A DNA stretch of 64,000 nucleotides from an uncultured delta proteobacterium (GTDB taxonomy: Bacteria; Desulfobacterota; Desulfuromonadia; Geobacterales; Pseudopelobacteraceae): positions 288,001-352,000 of the forward strand of contig CAVYYZ010000002.1 in NCBI GenBank assembly GCA_963772835.1, written 5' to 3'. Position 1 is the first letter of the stretch. Every line of letters begins with the position of its first letter. Position numbers and translations under genes: made by a program. Positions 1 to 8,749 of the stretch are shown piece after piece. The notes beneath the pieces are model-generated. The model had not been told where the DNA came from and searched no databases. It saw only the letters and a list, made by a program, of their open reading frames with translations.

Positions 1-952
1 TATCCTCCTCCATCATCCGATGCGCATCGGCCACTTGATCAATGCTGAAGACTCTTTCAATGATCGGGACGACACTGCGATCGGCAAACTTCGGCAGGGC
101 ACGGCGTGTAAATTCAGCTACTATTTCCCCTTTTTCAGCAACCGGGCGAGAACGAAGGACACTGCCGATAATCTGTTGACGTTTCACCATCATCAGGGCC
201 AGATTAAGCTCGGCTTTGATGCCGCTGATAACGCCGATTATCACCAGACGCCCTTTATAGCCAAGCGAATTCATATTTGGAGCCAAATATTTGGCCCCGA
301 CATGATCCAGAATTAAATCGACCCCTTTTTTGTTCGTAAAAGCCTTCACCTCCTCTGTGAAATCAGGAGTCTCATGGAAGTTTATCAGAAAGTCGGCGCC
401 AAGCGCCTTGACCCGCTCCATTTTTGCCGGAGAAGCGGTCACAATCAGTTTGCTGGAAGGAGTAAGCGCCCGGCAGAGTTGAATAGCGGCGGTATTAACC
501 CCGCCGCCGCCGCCGTGCAGGATGGCAGTCTGCCCATCCTTGAATTCGCCGATCATAAAAACGTTCAGAAAGGCCGTAATATATGATTCGCAAACACACG
601 CGGCTTCTTCAAAGCTCATACTATCCGGTATGCGCATCAAATGATCGGCATATGCAACAGCAAATTCGGCATACCCGCCACCGCCGACCAGCGTCATAAC
701 CCGCTCCCCCATCTTCCATCCGGTAACACCCGCTCCCAAGGCCTCAACAACCCCCGCGACTTCAAGACCGAGAATCTCGGAATCTCCTGCCGGGGGCGGA
801 TATTTCCCTTCACGCTGGACCAGATCGGGCCGGTTTATTGATGATGCAAAAACCCTTATCAGCACCTGTCCCTCGGTTGGCACCGGTTGTTCAGCTTCAC
901 CGATCCTGAGTACATCCACACTGCCAAAAGCATCCATTAAAACGGCCTTCAT
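1..952 (-). CDS. NAD(P)H-quinone oxidoreductase (PIG3/zeta-crystallin-like MDR family); 3' end runs off the window
   Basis: Not in the ORF track. Manual translation from ATG at 952 (RBS GAAGGAG): MKAVLMDAFGSVDVLRIGE...INRPDLVQREGKYPPPAGDSEILGLEVAG...ILHGGGGGVNTAAIQL...GVDLILDHVG; frame open to the window edge. Confidence 0.88.
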   Translation of the reverse strand, partial: MKAVLMDAFGSVDVLRIGEAEQPVPTEGQVLIRVFASSINRPDLVQREGKYPPPAGDSEILGLEVAGVVEALGAGVTGWKMGERVMTLVGGGGYAEFAVAYADHLMRIPDSMSFEEAACVCESYITAFLNVFMIGEFKDGQTAILHGGGGGVNTAAIQLCRALTPSSKLIVTASPAKMERVKALGADFLINFHETPDFTEEVKAFTNKKGVDLILDHVGAKYLAPNMNSLGYKGRLVIIGVISGIKAELNLALMMVKRQQIIGSVLRSRPVAEKGEIVAEFTRRALPKFADRSVVPIIERVFSIDQVADAHRMMEED

Positions 953-1187
953 ATTTGCTCCTTCTGCGGTAAAAATCCTATGCGTACATATCAAGTCAGT
1001 ACGTGTAAAGAACTTTCCCGGCGGTTATTTGATTAACAGGCTCGACCTGTTTCTCTGATATACGGCACCGAATGTAGCGACTTACGCCTGTTTTGTAAAC
1101 ACAAAATCAAACGTGTGAACCGCTTGATTTAGCGCCTTATTTCTGCGATAACAGGGTCATTTCATAACAGACGGCAAGGACCTCCCC

Positions 1188-1931
1188 ATGAATATAATGA
1201 TTACCAACGATGACGGCATCCACGCCGCCGGTATACGCGCACTTGCCGAAGCGATGGCAGAACTGGGAACGGTTACCGTTATCGCGCCCGACCGCGAACG
1301 AAGTGCCGTTGGCCACTCTCTGACTCTACACTCTCCGCTGCGCATTTTTGAGCTGCATAAAGGGTGGTACGCTGTTGACGGCACCCCGACTGATTGTGTC
1401 AACATGGGTATCCACAATATGCTTCCTATCACACCAGATCTTGTGGTGTCCGGCATCAACCACGGGGCTAACCTTGGTGACGACGTCACCTATTCCGGGA
1501 CTGTTGCGGCAGCGATGGAGGCTAATCTGATGGGCATTCCAGCGATCGCCTTTTCGCTGGCGACCTTTGAACCGAGTAACCATTTTACCGATGCAGCACA
1601 GATTGCCGTACAGGTTACCCGCCAGGTAATCACTCATGGCCTCCCCGCAGACACCTTCCTGAATGTCAACATCCCCGACTGCCCGCTGGACAGAATGCAG
1701 CTTCCGCTGATAACCCGCCAGGGTAAGCGCTCTTTTATCGGAAAAATTGTCGACAAAACCGACCCTCGCGGGCGGAAATATTTCTGGATCGGCAGTGAAG
1801 AACCGCATTTAAACGATGAGCCGGGAACAGACTTTCATGCCATCAACCGGCATCACGTTTCCATCACCCCGCTCCATCTCGATCTGACTAACCACAGATC
1901 GTTGCCGATTCTTGCCAAATGGTCGTTTTGA
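1188..1931 (+). CDS. surE: 5'/3'-nucleotidase SurE
   Basis: ITNDDGIHA, DGTPTDCV, SGINHGANLG, YSGTVAAA motifs. Confidence 0.97.
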   Translation: MNIMITNDDGIHAAGIRALAEAMAELGTVTVIAPDRERSAVGHSLTLHSPLRIFELHKGWYAVDGTPTDCVNMGIHNMLPITPDLVVSGINHGANLGDDVTYSGTVAAAMEANLMGIPAIAFSLATFEPSNHFTDAAQIAVQVTRQVITHGLPADTFLNVNIPDCPLDRMQLPLITRQGKRSFIGKIVDKTDPRGRKYFWIGSEEPHLNDEPGTDFHAINRHHVSITPLHLDLTNHRSLPILAKWSF

Positions 1932-1937
1932 CATATA

Positions 1938-1966
1938 TGGACAATCATACTATCTCCTGCTATAGT
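1938..1966 (+). promoter_or_regulatory. putative sigma70-type promoter upstream of pcm-rpoS
   Basis: TGGACA, 17 nt spacer, TATAGT with extended -10 TG. Confidence 0.5.
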
Positions 1967-2126
1967 CTCGCCCGTTTTAGTATGCGAGAACAATTTTTAA
2001 CGGCATTTCGTTGGAAGCATAGTCCCGTTATCGTATTTGATTCAGTGTATCGTGCCTGCTCTTCTGAAAATATTTTTTCGATTATCATGTGAACACAATT
2101 TGAATATATGGGATCCGGGGTCTGCT

Positions 2127-2780
2127 GTGAATTTTGATATCATGAGAAAAAAAATGGTGCAGGAGCAGATCGTGTCGCGCGGCATAAGTGACCGCCGGGT
2201 CATTGACGCAATGATAAAGATTCCCCGCCATATTTTCGTTCAGGAGGCTTTCGCCGCTCAGGCCTACAATGATAAGGCCCTCCCGATCGGCGAGAAACAG
2301 ACCATTTCACAACCCTACATCGTCGCATTAATGACCGAAAAACTGGCACTGACCGGTACAGAAAAGGTACTGGAAATTGGCACCGGCTCCGGCTATCAAA
2401 CCGCCCTTCTTGCCACCCTGGCCGACAGAGTCTACTCGGCAGAGCGAATTCGCCCATTAGCTCTGCGTGCCCGGAAATGCCTTGATTCTCTTAAGCTTTT
2501 CAACGTCCAACTACGTATTAATGATAACGAAGGGAGTCCAATCGGATGGGAGGAAGAGGCGCCATTTGATGCAATTATAGTTACCGCCGGGGCACCGGAA
2601 ATCCCCGCTATACTTACGGATCAGCTTGCCTCCGGTGGTCGTCTGGTAATCCCGGTTGGAACAGATGAACGGCAGCAATTGTATACAATAATAAAAAATG
2701 AAGATGGTGAATTGTACCACGAACCCTCGGCTGAGTGCCGTTTTGTCCCTCTGATCGGCAAACAGGGCTGGCAGGCTTAA
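2127..2780 (+). CDS. pcm: protein-L-isoaspartate O-methyltransferase
   Basis: [40 protein letters not shown]; probable GTG start at 2127. Confidence 0.95.
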   Translation: MNFDIMRKKMVQEQIVSRGISDRRVIDAMIKIPRHIFVQEAFAAQAYNDKALPIGEKQTISQPYIVALMTEKLALTGTEKVLEIGTGSGYQTALLATLADRVYSAERIRPLALRARKCLDSLKLFNVQLRINDNEGSPIGWEEEAPFDAIIVTAGAPEIPAILTDQLASGGRLVIPVGTDERQQLYTIIKNEDGELYHEPSAECRFVPLIGKQGWQA

Positions 2781-2809
2781 TAGCAAATACATCCGGAGAA
2801 AACCTGCAA

Positions 2810-3796
2810 ATGCGAAACGGCACCTTTCCAGAGCACGATTATAGTAACGAGGCCCCGCTTGTCGGTCTCTCGGCGTTGACGCTTAACGATATTGAAGAGC
2901 CGCTTCTGTTGCCGGATGATGAATTCATTGAAGATGAAATTGAAGAAGAAATTGAAGAAGAAATCCCGCTGGTTGAACTTGATCGTTATGATGATGCCAT
3001 AAAAATTTATCTGCGGGACATCCAGCGCACACCTCTCCTGAGTGCCGTCGCAGAAAAGGAGCTTGCCAAAAAAATTGAAACGGGTGATGACGCTGCCCGC
3101 GACAAGATGATCGAGTCGAATCTGCGACTGGTTGTTAAAATCGCCAAGCGCTATATAAACCGGGGTTTGCCCTTTCTGGACCTGATTGAAGAGGGCAACC
3201 TGGGGTTGATTAAATCGGTGGAGCGATTCAATCTGGCAAAGGAATGCCGATTTTCGACGTATGCGACCTGGTGGATCCGCCAGTCGATTGAACGTGCGCT
3301 TATCAATCAATCCAGAACGATCCGCCTGCCTGTCCATGTATCAGACGACATCGGCCGCATGATTCGGGTTACCCGCAAACTTTCCCATGAGCTGAACCGG
3401 GAACCGACAATCCAGGAAATAGCTGACGCCCTGAATGCAAAGATCCAGCATGTACGCCGGCTGATGACACTACTGCGTCACACATGCTCAATAGAGGCTC
3501 CGATCGGTGACGGCAACGACTTTGCTCTCATCGACACAATTGAAGACTGTTCCATGACACCTCCGGCAGACCAGCTTGAGAACATCAATATATTTGAACT
3601 GATTTCCGAACATTTCAGCAGACTTACGGAGCATGAACAAAAAATACTGACTCTCCGCTTCGGCCTTGACGACCATGAGCCCCAGACGCTGGATGTCATC
3701 GGCCAACAGTTCGGAGTCACACGTGAGCGCATTCGCCAGATCGAGGCAAAAAGCCTGGAAAAACTGCGGGCGTTATACCTACACAGTCAGACATAA
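2810..3796 (+). CDS. rpoS: RNA polymerase sigma factor RpoS (sigma70 group 2)
   Basis: [45 protein letters not shown]; surE-pcm context; probable ATG at 2810. Confidence 0.9.
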   Translation: MRNGTFPEHDYSNEAPLVGLSALTLNDIEEPLLLPDDEFIEDEIEEEIEEEIPLVELDRYDDAIKIYLRDIQRTPLLSAVAEKELAKKIETGDDAARDKMIESNLRLVVKIAKRYINRGLPFLDLIEEGNLGLIKSVERFNLAKECRFSTYATWWIRQSIERALINQSRTIRLPVHVSDDIGRMIRVTRKLSHELNREPTIQEIADALNAKIQHVRRLMTLLRHTCSIEAPIGDGNDFALIDTIEDCSMTPPADQLENINIFELISEHFSRLTEHEQKILTLRFGLDDHEPQTLDVIGQQFGVTRERIRQIEAKSLEKLRALYLHSQT

Positions 3797-3823
3797 ACCA
3801 AGATGGCACGAGGAGTACCGCAG

Positions 3824-4339
3824 ATGAACGACCTTAAGGACATTATCCGTGATATCCATGATTTCCCCAAAAAAGGGATTATCTTCAAAGACATCACCAC
3901 GCTATTACAGGATGCTCAATCATACCAGAAAATGATTGACCTTATTTCTCATCGCTACATCGGCACACGAATTGACAAAGTTGTCGGTGTTGAAGCACGA
4001 GGGTTTATTATTGGTTCCGCGCTGGCGTATAAACTCTGCGCAGGCGTTGTACTGGTCCGAAAACCGGGCAAACTACCCTCCGACACTTTTAGCAAAACCT
4101 ACGACCTCGAATACGGCACAGATACTCTGGAAATTCACCAGGACGCCATCAAGCCGGGTGAACGGATTCTGATAGCTGATGACCTGCTCGCCACCGGCGG
4201 CACTATGGCAGCAGTTGTCGACATGGTGCAGAGCATGGGAGGGGAGATCGTGGAGTGCTGTTTCATGGCGGAACTGGATTTTCTGGAAGGACGCAAGCGA
4301 TTGCCGGAAGGAAAAGTCTTTTCACTTCTAAACTTTTAG
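3824..4339 (+). CDS. apt: adenine phosphoribosyltransferase
   Basis: [47 protein letters not shown] before ATG 3824. Confidence 0.96.
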   Translation: MNDLKDIIRDIHDFPKKGIIFKDITTLLQDAQSYQKMIDLISHRYIGTRIDKVVGVEARGFIIGSALAYKLCAGVVLVRKPGKLPSDTFSKTYDLEYGTDTLEIHQDAIKPGERILIADDLLATGGTMAAVVDMVQSMGGEIVECCFMAELDFLEGRKRLPEGKVFSLLNF

Positions 4340-4395
4340 TGCGCAAGACGTTATCATCTATACCCGGATGTGCACGGCTCTCTTTTTGAAAGGGG

Positions 4396-4424
4396 TTGAA
4401 CAGAAGCCACATCTCTGCTATACC
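4396..4424 (+). promoter_or_regulatory. putative tRNA promoter
   Basis: TTGAAC, 17 nt spacer, TATACC with extended TG, about 20 nt before the tRNA. Confidence 0.45.
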
Positions 4425-4443
4425 ACAACAGCTTTTCACATAC

Positions 4444-4520
4444 GTCCCCGTAGCTCAGCAGGATAGAGCACTTCCCTCCTAAGGAAGGGGCCGGTCGTTC
4501 GAATCGACTCGGGGACGCCA
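4444..4520 (+). tRNA. tRNA-Arg, anticodon CCT
   Basis: Acceptor stem GTCCCCG/CGGGGAC, D arm TAGCTCAGCAGGATAGAGC, anticodon stem CTTCC/GGAAG with loop CTCCTAA, T loop GTTCGAATC, encoded CCA end. Confidence 0.97.
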
Positions 4521-4525
4521 ATAAA

Positions 4526-4562
4526 AACAGGCGCTTGCAATGATAAATTGCAGGTGCCTGTT
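4526..4562 (+). terminator. hairpin directly downstream of the tRNA
   Basis: AACAGGCGCTTGCAAT-GATAA-ATTGCAGGTGCCTGTT, 16-bp stem with G-U pairs, weak U tail. Confidence 0.55.
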
Positions 4563-4621
4563 CTGTATCAGATTGTTACTTTTCCCGATAACATCGCCAT
4601 CACTTTTCCCCCCGCAAATAT

Positions 4622-4649
4622 TTTACAACAAACATTTTCCTGCTATAAT
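4622..4649 (+). promoter_or_regulatory. putative sigma70 promoter for the GH16 lipoprotein
   Basis: TTTACA, 16 nt spacer, TATAAT with extended TG. Confidence 0.5.
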
Positions 4650-4884
4650 TTCAGATGTTGCAGATTTACCCTTTTTTAAAAGTATGCTGCCTGGATCTTT
4701 AGCAACGCCTCTGAAATTTTTCCTCTGTTTATGCGGCATCACTGAGCAAAACCAGCAGGAATATGAAAAGACGGCGTCAGAAGATAATTACAAGGAATGT
4801 CGTAGTTGAAACATGGTGACAACTTCAGGATTTAAAAGGGAAAAGCGTATGTTCCGGGTTTGATTCCGGCGGGGGCTACTGCCT

Positions 4885-6249
4885 ATGAAATTCAGTAACG
4901 CTATTATTTTATTGGTGCTTCTCCTTGGGGTGGTCAACTGCGGAGGCGGCAATGGACCACAGACAACCGTAAATGCAGGTACAGATGTCACTCCGCCTGT
5001 TGTTCCATACGGCCTCACCGCAACGCCATTCTCATCGGCACGAATCGATCTATCATGGACAGCGTCTTCTGACCCCGCCATAGCGGGGCTGACTACTTCG
5101 GGAGTAGCGGGATACCAGATCTTCAGGGACGGGAACGAGACACCTATTGCAACTACGAAGGCGACGACATATTCCGATGCCGGCCTTCTGGAATCAACGA
5201 CCCATTTTTATAGTGTTAATGCGTTTGACGTTGCGGGAAATGTCTCACTGCAATCAGCGACGGTTTATGCCACAACACTCTCAACGGATAGTATCCCGCC
5301 TTCTGTTCCCGACAATCTTTCCGCTATAGCCATCTCATCGTCTCAAATAGATCTCTCGTGGAGTGCCAGCAGCGACAACGTTGGAATCGCTGGATACCGG
5401 ATATTCAGGGATGGCCTGCTGGTTGCGACAACATCCACGACATTTTATTCCGACACCGGCCTCATCGCCGGCACGACCCACATATATACTGTCAGCGCGG
5501 TCGATACTTCGGGAAATATTTCGAAGCAATCCTCGCCGCCATCGACTCCTCCGACAACTCTCGCCTTTGACGACGAATTTGACGGTAACACATTGGATGC
5601 GACACAGTGGGTTTCCATGAACCGTCCGGGGGATTCGAGCAACAATGAGCAGCAATACTATCTTCCGACAAATGTCGCCGTATCAAATGGCTGGTTACAT
5701 ATCACAAGCAAGGTTGATAAATCAGTGCCCGGGTATAACTACACCTCCGAAATGGTACAGTGGAAGTCCTTCAACTTTACCTATGGCACGATCGAATTCA
5801 GGGCAAAGCTGGCCGGGGGCCAAGGCGCGTGGTCTGCCATTTGGCTGCTTGGTACCAACTGCCAGCAGTCGAACGTGAATTCTCCCGACAACGTCCCGCC
5901 CTGCAACTGGCCTGAAGTCGGGTCCGACGAGATCGATATCACTGAGATTTTGCACAGCAATACCACAACTGTAAACCAGCAGATTCACTCTGGCAGTATC
6001 AATACCGGTTGCACCGTGAGCACGACCGACGTGAGCCAGAACTGGCATACATACAAACTTATATGGGCCCCCGGCTCCCTAATCTGGCAGATCGACGGTG
6101 TGACCACCTGCAATATTACCAACGGAGTCCCTTCAACTCCAATGTTTCTCATGGTTAACACAGCGATGGGCGGAGTCGGAGGAGGTGCCATTATCGATAG
6201 TACACTGCCACAGACGCTGTCGCTGGACTACGTGAGGGTAACATACTAA
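4885..6249 (+). CDS. lipoprotein with two fibronectin type III repeats and a C-terminal GH16 glycoside hydrolase domain
   Basis: Lipobox-like LLGVVNC; two repeats IDLSW.ASSD...AGY.IFRDG...Y.V.A.D..GN.S; GH16 motifs DEFDG, YGTIEFRAKL, WSAIWLLG, catalytic EIDITE. Confidence 0.85.
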   Translation: MKFSNAIILLVLLLGVVNCGGGNGPQTTVNAGTDVTPPVVPYGLTATPFSSARIDLSWTASSDPAIAGLTTSGVAGYQIFRDGNETPIATTKATTYSDAGLLESTTHFYSVNAFDVAGNVSLQSATVYATTLSTDSIPPSVPDNLSAIAISSSQIDLSWSASSDNVGIAGYRIFRDGLLVATTSTTFYSDTGLIAGTTHIYTVSAVDTSGNISKQSSPPSTPPTTLAFDDEFDGNTLDATQWVSMNRPGDSSNNEQQYYLPTNVAVSNGWLHITSKVDKSVPGYNYTSEMVQWKSFNFTYGTIEFRAKLAGGQGAWSAIWLLGTNCQQSNVNSPDNVPPCNWPEVGSDEIDITEILHSNTTTVNQQIHSGSINTGCTVSTTDVSQNWHTYKLIWAPGSLIWQIDGVTTCNITNGVPSTPMFLMVNTAMGGVGGGAIIDSTLPQTLSLDYVRVTY

Positions 6250-6672
6250 CCTCTCGAATTTAGTCCTGTTCTCACCCCGGTTTTTTGGGAACCGCCAAGC
6301 CCCATCGAATTCACCATGTCTTCAATTTTGAAAAATACGCTCACCGGTAACTTGATGAGCATCAGCATCATTTCAGCCGGCGCTTCGATATGGCCCCAAT
6401 ACTCTCTCGGCTGGTCATAGCACTTGCTCTGGCTGGAAAACGTCCTGAGGCCCTGTTGCGTTGCGACGGAGGCCCGTTCAAATCAGGTTACACAATGACA
6501 ATGACAACATGAATAACGACTGCCGCCTGTATGAAGCATAATGTAATCCATCAGGAATGTAGACATAAAGAGCGTTTTATACGTTGTTACCTGACAAACA
6601 AAAAAGCGGTAGGTAGGGTGAAATAATATACTGCTTTAAATCATCATGTAACAACATCAAGCCAGAAAACAT

Positions 6673-7167
6673 TCAATTGCCTCCGAACTGCAACTGATAG
6701 TGGATGTCATTGTTGTCGGTACCGTCGCCGAACCCGGAGGGGTTGATGCGGGCTTTGTAACTGGGTTTAATGTCCATCGTGACGCTGATGACTGTCCCCT
6801 TGTCTCCACGCAGAATGCCCTTTCCGACCGCTTTGGTACCGGCCGTTTTTGTAGTGACTGTGCCGGTATCAAACCCCCAGGTGCTGTTGTAGGTACTTGT
6901 AGAGACCCCTCCGTCTGTAAGCATGGCGGTATAGTTCCCTGCGAATTGCTCTCCTGTCAAGAGGTTGCGAGCGGTCATAATACCGGTGCCGGCGCTACGT
7001 TCAATGGCAAGGACGAATTCCGTGCCGTCCTTGAGGTTAAACATACGGCCGGGAATCATAATCGGGCCGGTTTGAGTCCGCGGGGCCACAGCGCAACCGG
7101 CAAACATCAGGGACAGAAGGATGATGGATACGAAGGCACTGACGGACCTTTTGCTGTAACTGTTCAT
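6673..7167 (-). CDS. hypothetical lipoprotein
   Basis: RBS AGGAGG; signal peptide ending LMFAGC; Gly/Thr-rich body with no recognised family. Confidence 0.75.
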   Translation of the reverse strand: MNSYSKRSVSAFVSIILLSLMFAGCAVAPRTQTGPIMIPGRMFNLKDGTEFVLAIERSAGTGIMTARNLLTGEQFAGNYTAMLTDGGVSTSTYNSTWGFDTGTVTTKTAGTKAVGKGILRGDKGTVISVTMDIKPSYKARINPSGFGDGTDNNDIHYQLQFGGN

Positions 7168-7411
7168 TACAATCCCCTCCTTTAAATTAACTTCATTCTT
7201 TCATATTAAATTCGTTGATGGACCTGTGTCAGGCTATTGTCAACAAAATATATGGAGGCAATTCACACGTAATGGTTTTACATTTTAATTATTCTCTGGT
7301 TGACTCCGGGTCAACCTCTGATAGGATGCACATCACAAGCATGAACACCTGACGGTACGACTTGAACCGGTGTTTCTGTCATTTAAAGGAAACATCTTTG
7401 AAGGAGTTAGT

Positions 7412-7807
7412 ATGAAGATTCTCGTTGTTGATGATGATTTATTTAATACCACGGTGATATCGGATATTCTTTCGCCACTTGGCACCTGTGATACCGCAAA
7501 AAATGGAACCGAAGCGATTGCCCTCTTTGAAAAAGCCATATCCGAAGGGGTCCCCTATACTCTCATTTGTCTTGACATCATAATGCCGGGGATGGATGGG
7601 CGACAGGTCCTCAAACAAATCCGCTCCATCGAAGATGGCATGGGAACAGCAACCTCTGACCCTGTGAAAATAATCATGATTACTTCAGCAGTTGATGTGG
7701 ATACCATACTGAATTCTTATAATAGCAGGTGTGATGTGTATGTGACAAAACCGGTTTCCAGGGACATTATTATGGACAAAATCAGATACCTGGGCCTTAT
7801 TGCCTGA
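7412..7807 (+). CDS. single-domain response regulator (CheY-like)
   Basis: KILVVDDD, CLDIIMPGMDG, IIMIT, YVTKP; RBS AAGGAG before ATG 7412. Confidence 0.9.
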   Translation: MKILVVDDDLFNTTVISDILSPLGTCDTAKNGTEAIALFEKAISEGVPYTLICLDIIMPGMDGRQVLKQIRSIEDGMGTATSDPVKIIMITSAVDVDTILNSYNSRCDVYVTKPVSRDIIMDKIRYLGLIA

Positions 7808-7850
7808 ATGCTCCTGGCATCTGCTTTATGCATGAGAGAAAACGAACTCC

Positions 7851-7893
7851 ACAGTTAATGGGTTACAGGTGATGCCTGTAGCCCATTAACTGT
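7851..7893. terminator. 19-bp-arm inverted repeat after the response regulator
   Basis: ACAGTTAATGGGTTACAGG-TGATG-CCTGTAGCCCATTAACTGT; no clear U tract. Confidence 0.5.
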
Positions 7894-8061
7894 TCTGAGT
7901 GAATAAAAGGTGAGGACGTCGTCGGTGGGTAATGAAATAAGCAGTTCAACTTTCCCATTTTACTCCTTTAAAAAAAAATTAAACAGACTGTTATTTTACT
8001 TTGACGGTGGTATAGTTTGATCAAGAAGTAGAAGGGAAAATCGTTTTGGAGGTTTTTTATT

Positions 8062-8118
8062 ATGGAAGACACTCCACCTGAGCAGCACCGGATGTTGGAG
8101 TCAGTAGCGCTTCAATGA
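8062..8118 (+). CDS. putative 18-aa small ORF MEDTPPEQHRMLESVALQ
   Basis: GGAGG 9 nt before ATG; extended -10 TGGTATAGT at 8008-8016; imperfect second copy at 8155-8179. Confidence 0.4.
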   Translation: MEDTPPEQHRMLESVALQ

Positions 8119-8269
8119 ACCGTACGTGGATGTGAATATTTAAAAGGGGGGCGATTATTATCGCAGATATTCCGCCTGAAAGTAGGTCACATAGCTTTTT
8201 AGCACTACTCCGAGGGTAGCTTGGATCGGAATACTCCTTGAAAATGGAATCGAATAAGAAATGATACGT

Positions 8270-8304
8270 GAAGCCCGCCGAAATAATTGGCGGGCTTTTC
8301 ATTT
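8270..8304 (+). terminator. Rho-independent terminator upstream of nuoA
   Basis: GAAGCCCGCC-GAAATAATT-GGCGGGCTTTTCATTT. Confidence 0.7.
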
Positions 8305-8325
8305 GTATGTATGAACTCAAAAACT

Positions 8326-8353
8326 TTTACATGGAGGGCTCTTCTGCTATAGT
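8326..8353 (+). promoter_or_regulatory. putative promoter giving a leaderless nuoA mRNA
   Basis: TTTACA, 16 nt spacer, TATAGT with extended TG, ending 6 nt before ATG 8360; no SD at usable distance. Confidence 0.5.
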
Positions 8354-8359
8354 ACCAGA

Positions 8360-8749
8360 ATGATCTCCCCTTCTTTCTACCACATTGCGATTTATTCGCT
8401 TGTCTCAGTAGTCCTGATAGGAGTGTTGCTGCTTGCTGCATGGTGGCTGGGAGCCAAACGCACTTCCGTCGCCAAACAGATGCCGTACGAGTCGGGAGTC
8501 GCCCCCAGTGGTTCCGCCCGGTTGGCCTGGCCGGTTCCTTTCTATCTGGTAGCAATTTTTTTCATAGTGTTTGATGTCGAAGCTGCCTTTGTCTTTACCT
8601 GGGCAGTGGCCTGGGATCTGTTAGGTATTGCCGGGCTCATCCAGATTACAGTGTTTATTGGTATCCTGTTTGCCGGACTGGCATGGCTCTGGTTAAAAGG
8701 TGGACTCGATTGGGGTCCTTCCCGTGAAAGGATTACAAAGCGTGGATAA
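8360..8749 (+). CDS. nuoA: NADH-quinone oxidoreductase subunit A
   Basis: [26 protein letters not shown]; three hydrophobic segments. Confidence 0.95.
   Translation: MISPSFYHIAIYSLVSVVLIGVLLLAAWWLGAKRTSVAKQMPYESGVAPSGSARLAWPVPFYLVAIFFIVFDVEAAFVFTWAVAWDLLGIAGLIQITVFIGILFAGLAWLWLKGGLDWGPSRERITKRG

Noticed and set aside
20..841. Three short plus-strand ORFs in the track (20-316, 374-586, 641-841)
   Set aside because: Antisense shadows of the minus-strand quinone oxidoreductase.
2780..2810. No nlpD between pcm and rpoS
   Set aside because: surE-pcm-rpoS-apt without nlpD is the known Geobacter arrangement.
2926..2964. 12-bp tandem repeat ATTGAAGAAGAA in rpoS
   Set aside because: In-frame, encodes the acidic linker [12 protein letters not shown]; ordinary low complexity.
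4650..4884. Long 5' leader of the GH16 gene as a GEMM/c-di-GMP riboswitch
   Set aside because: No GEMM consensus stems or motifs were recognisable.
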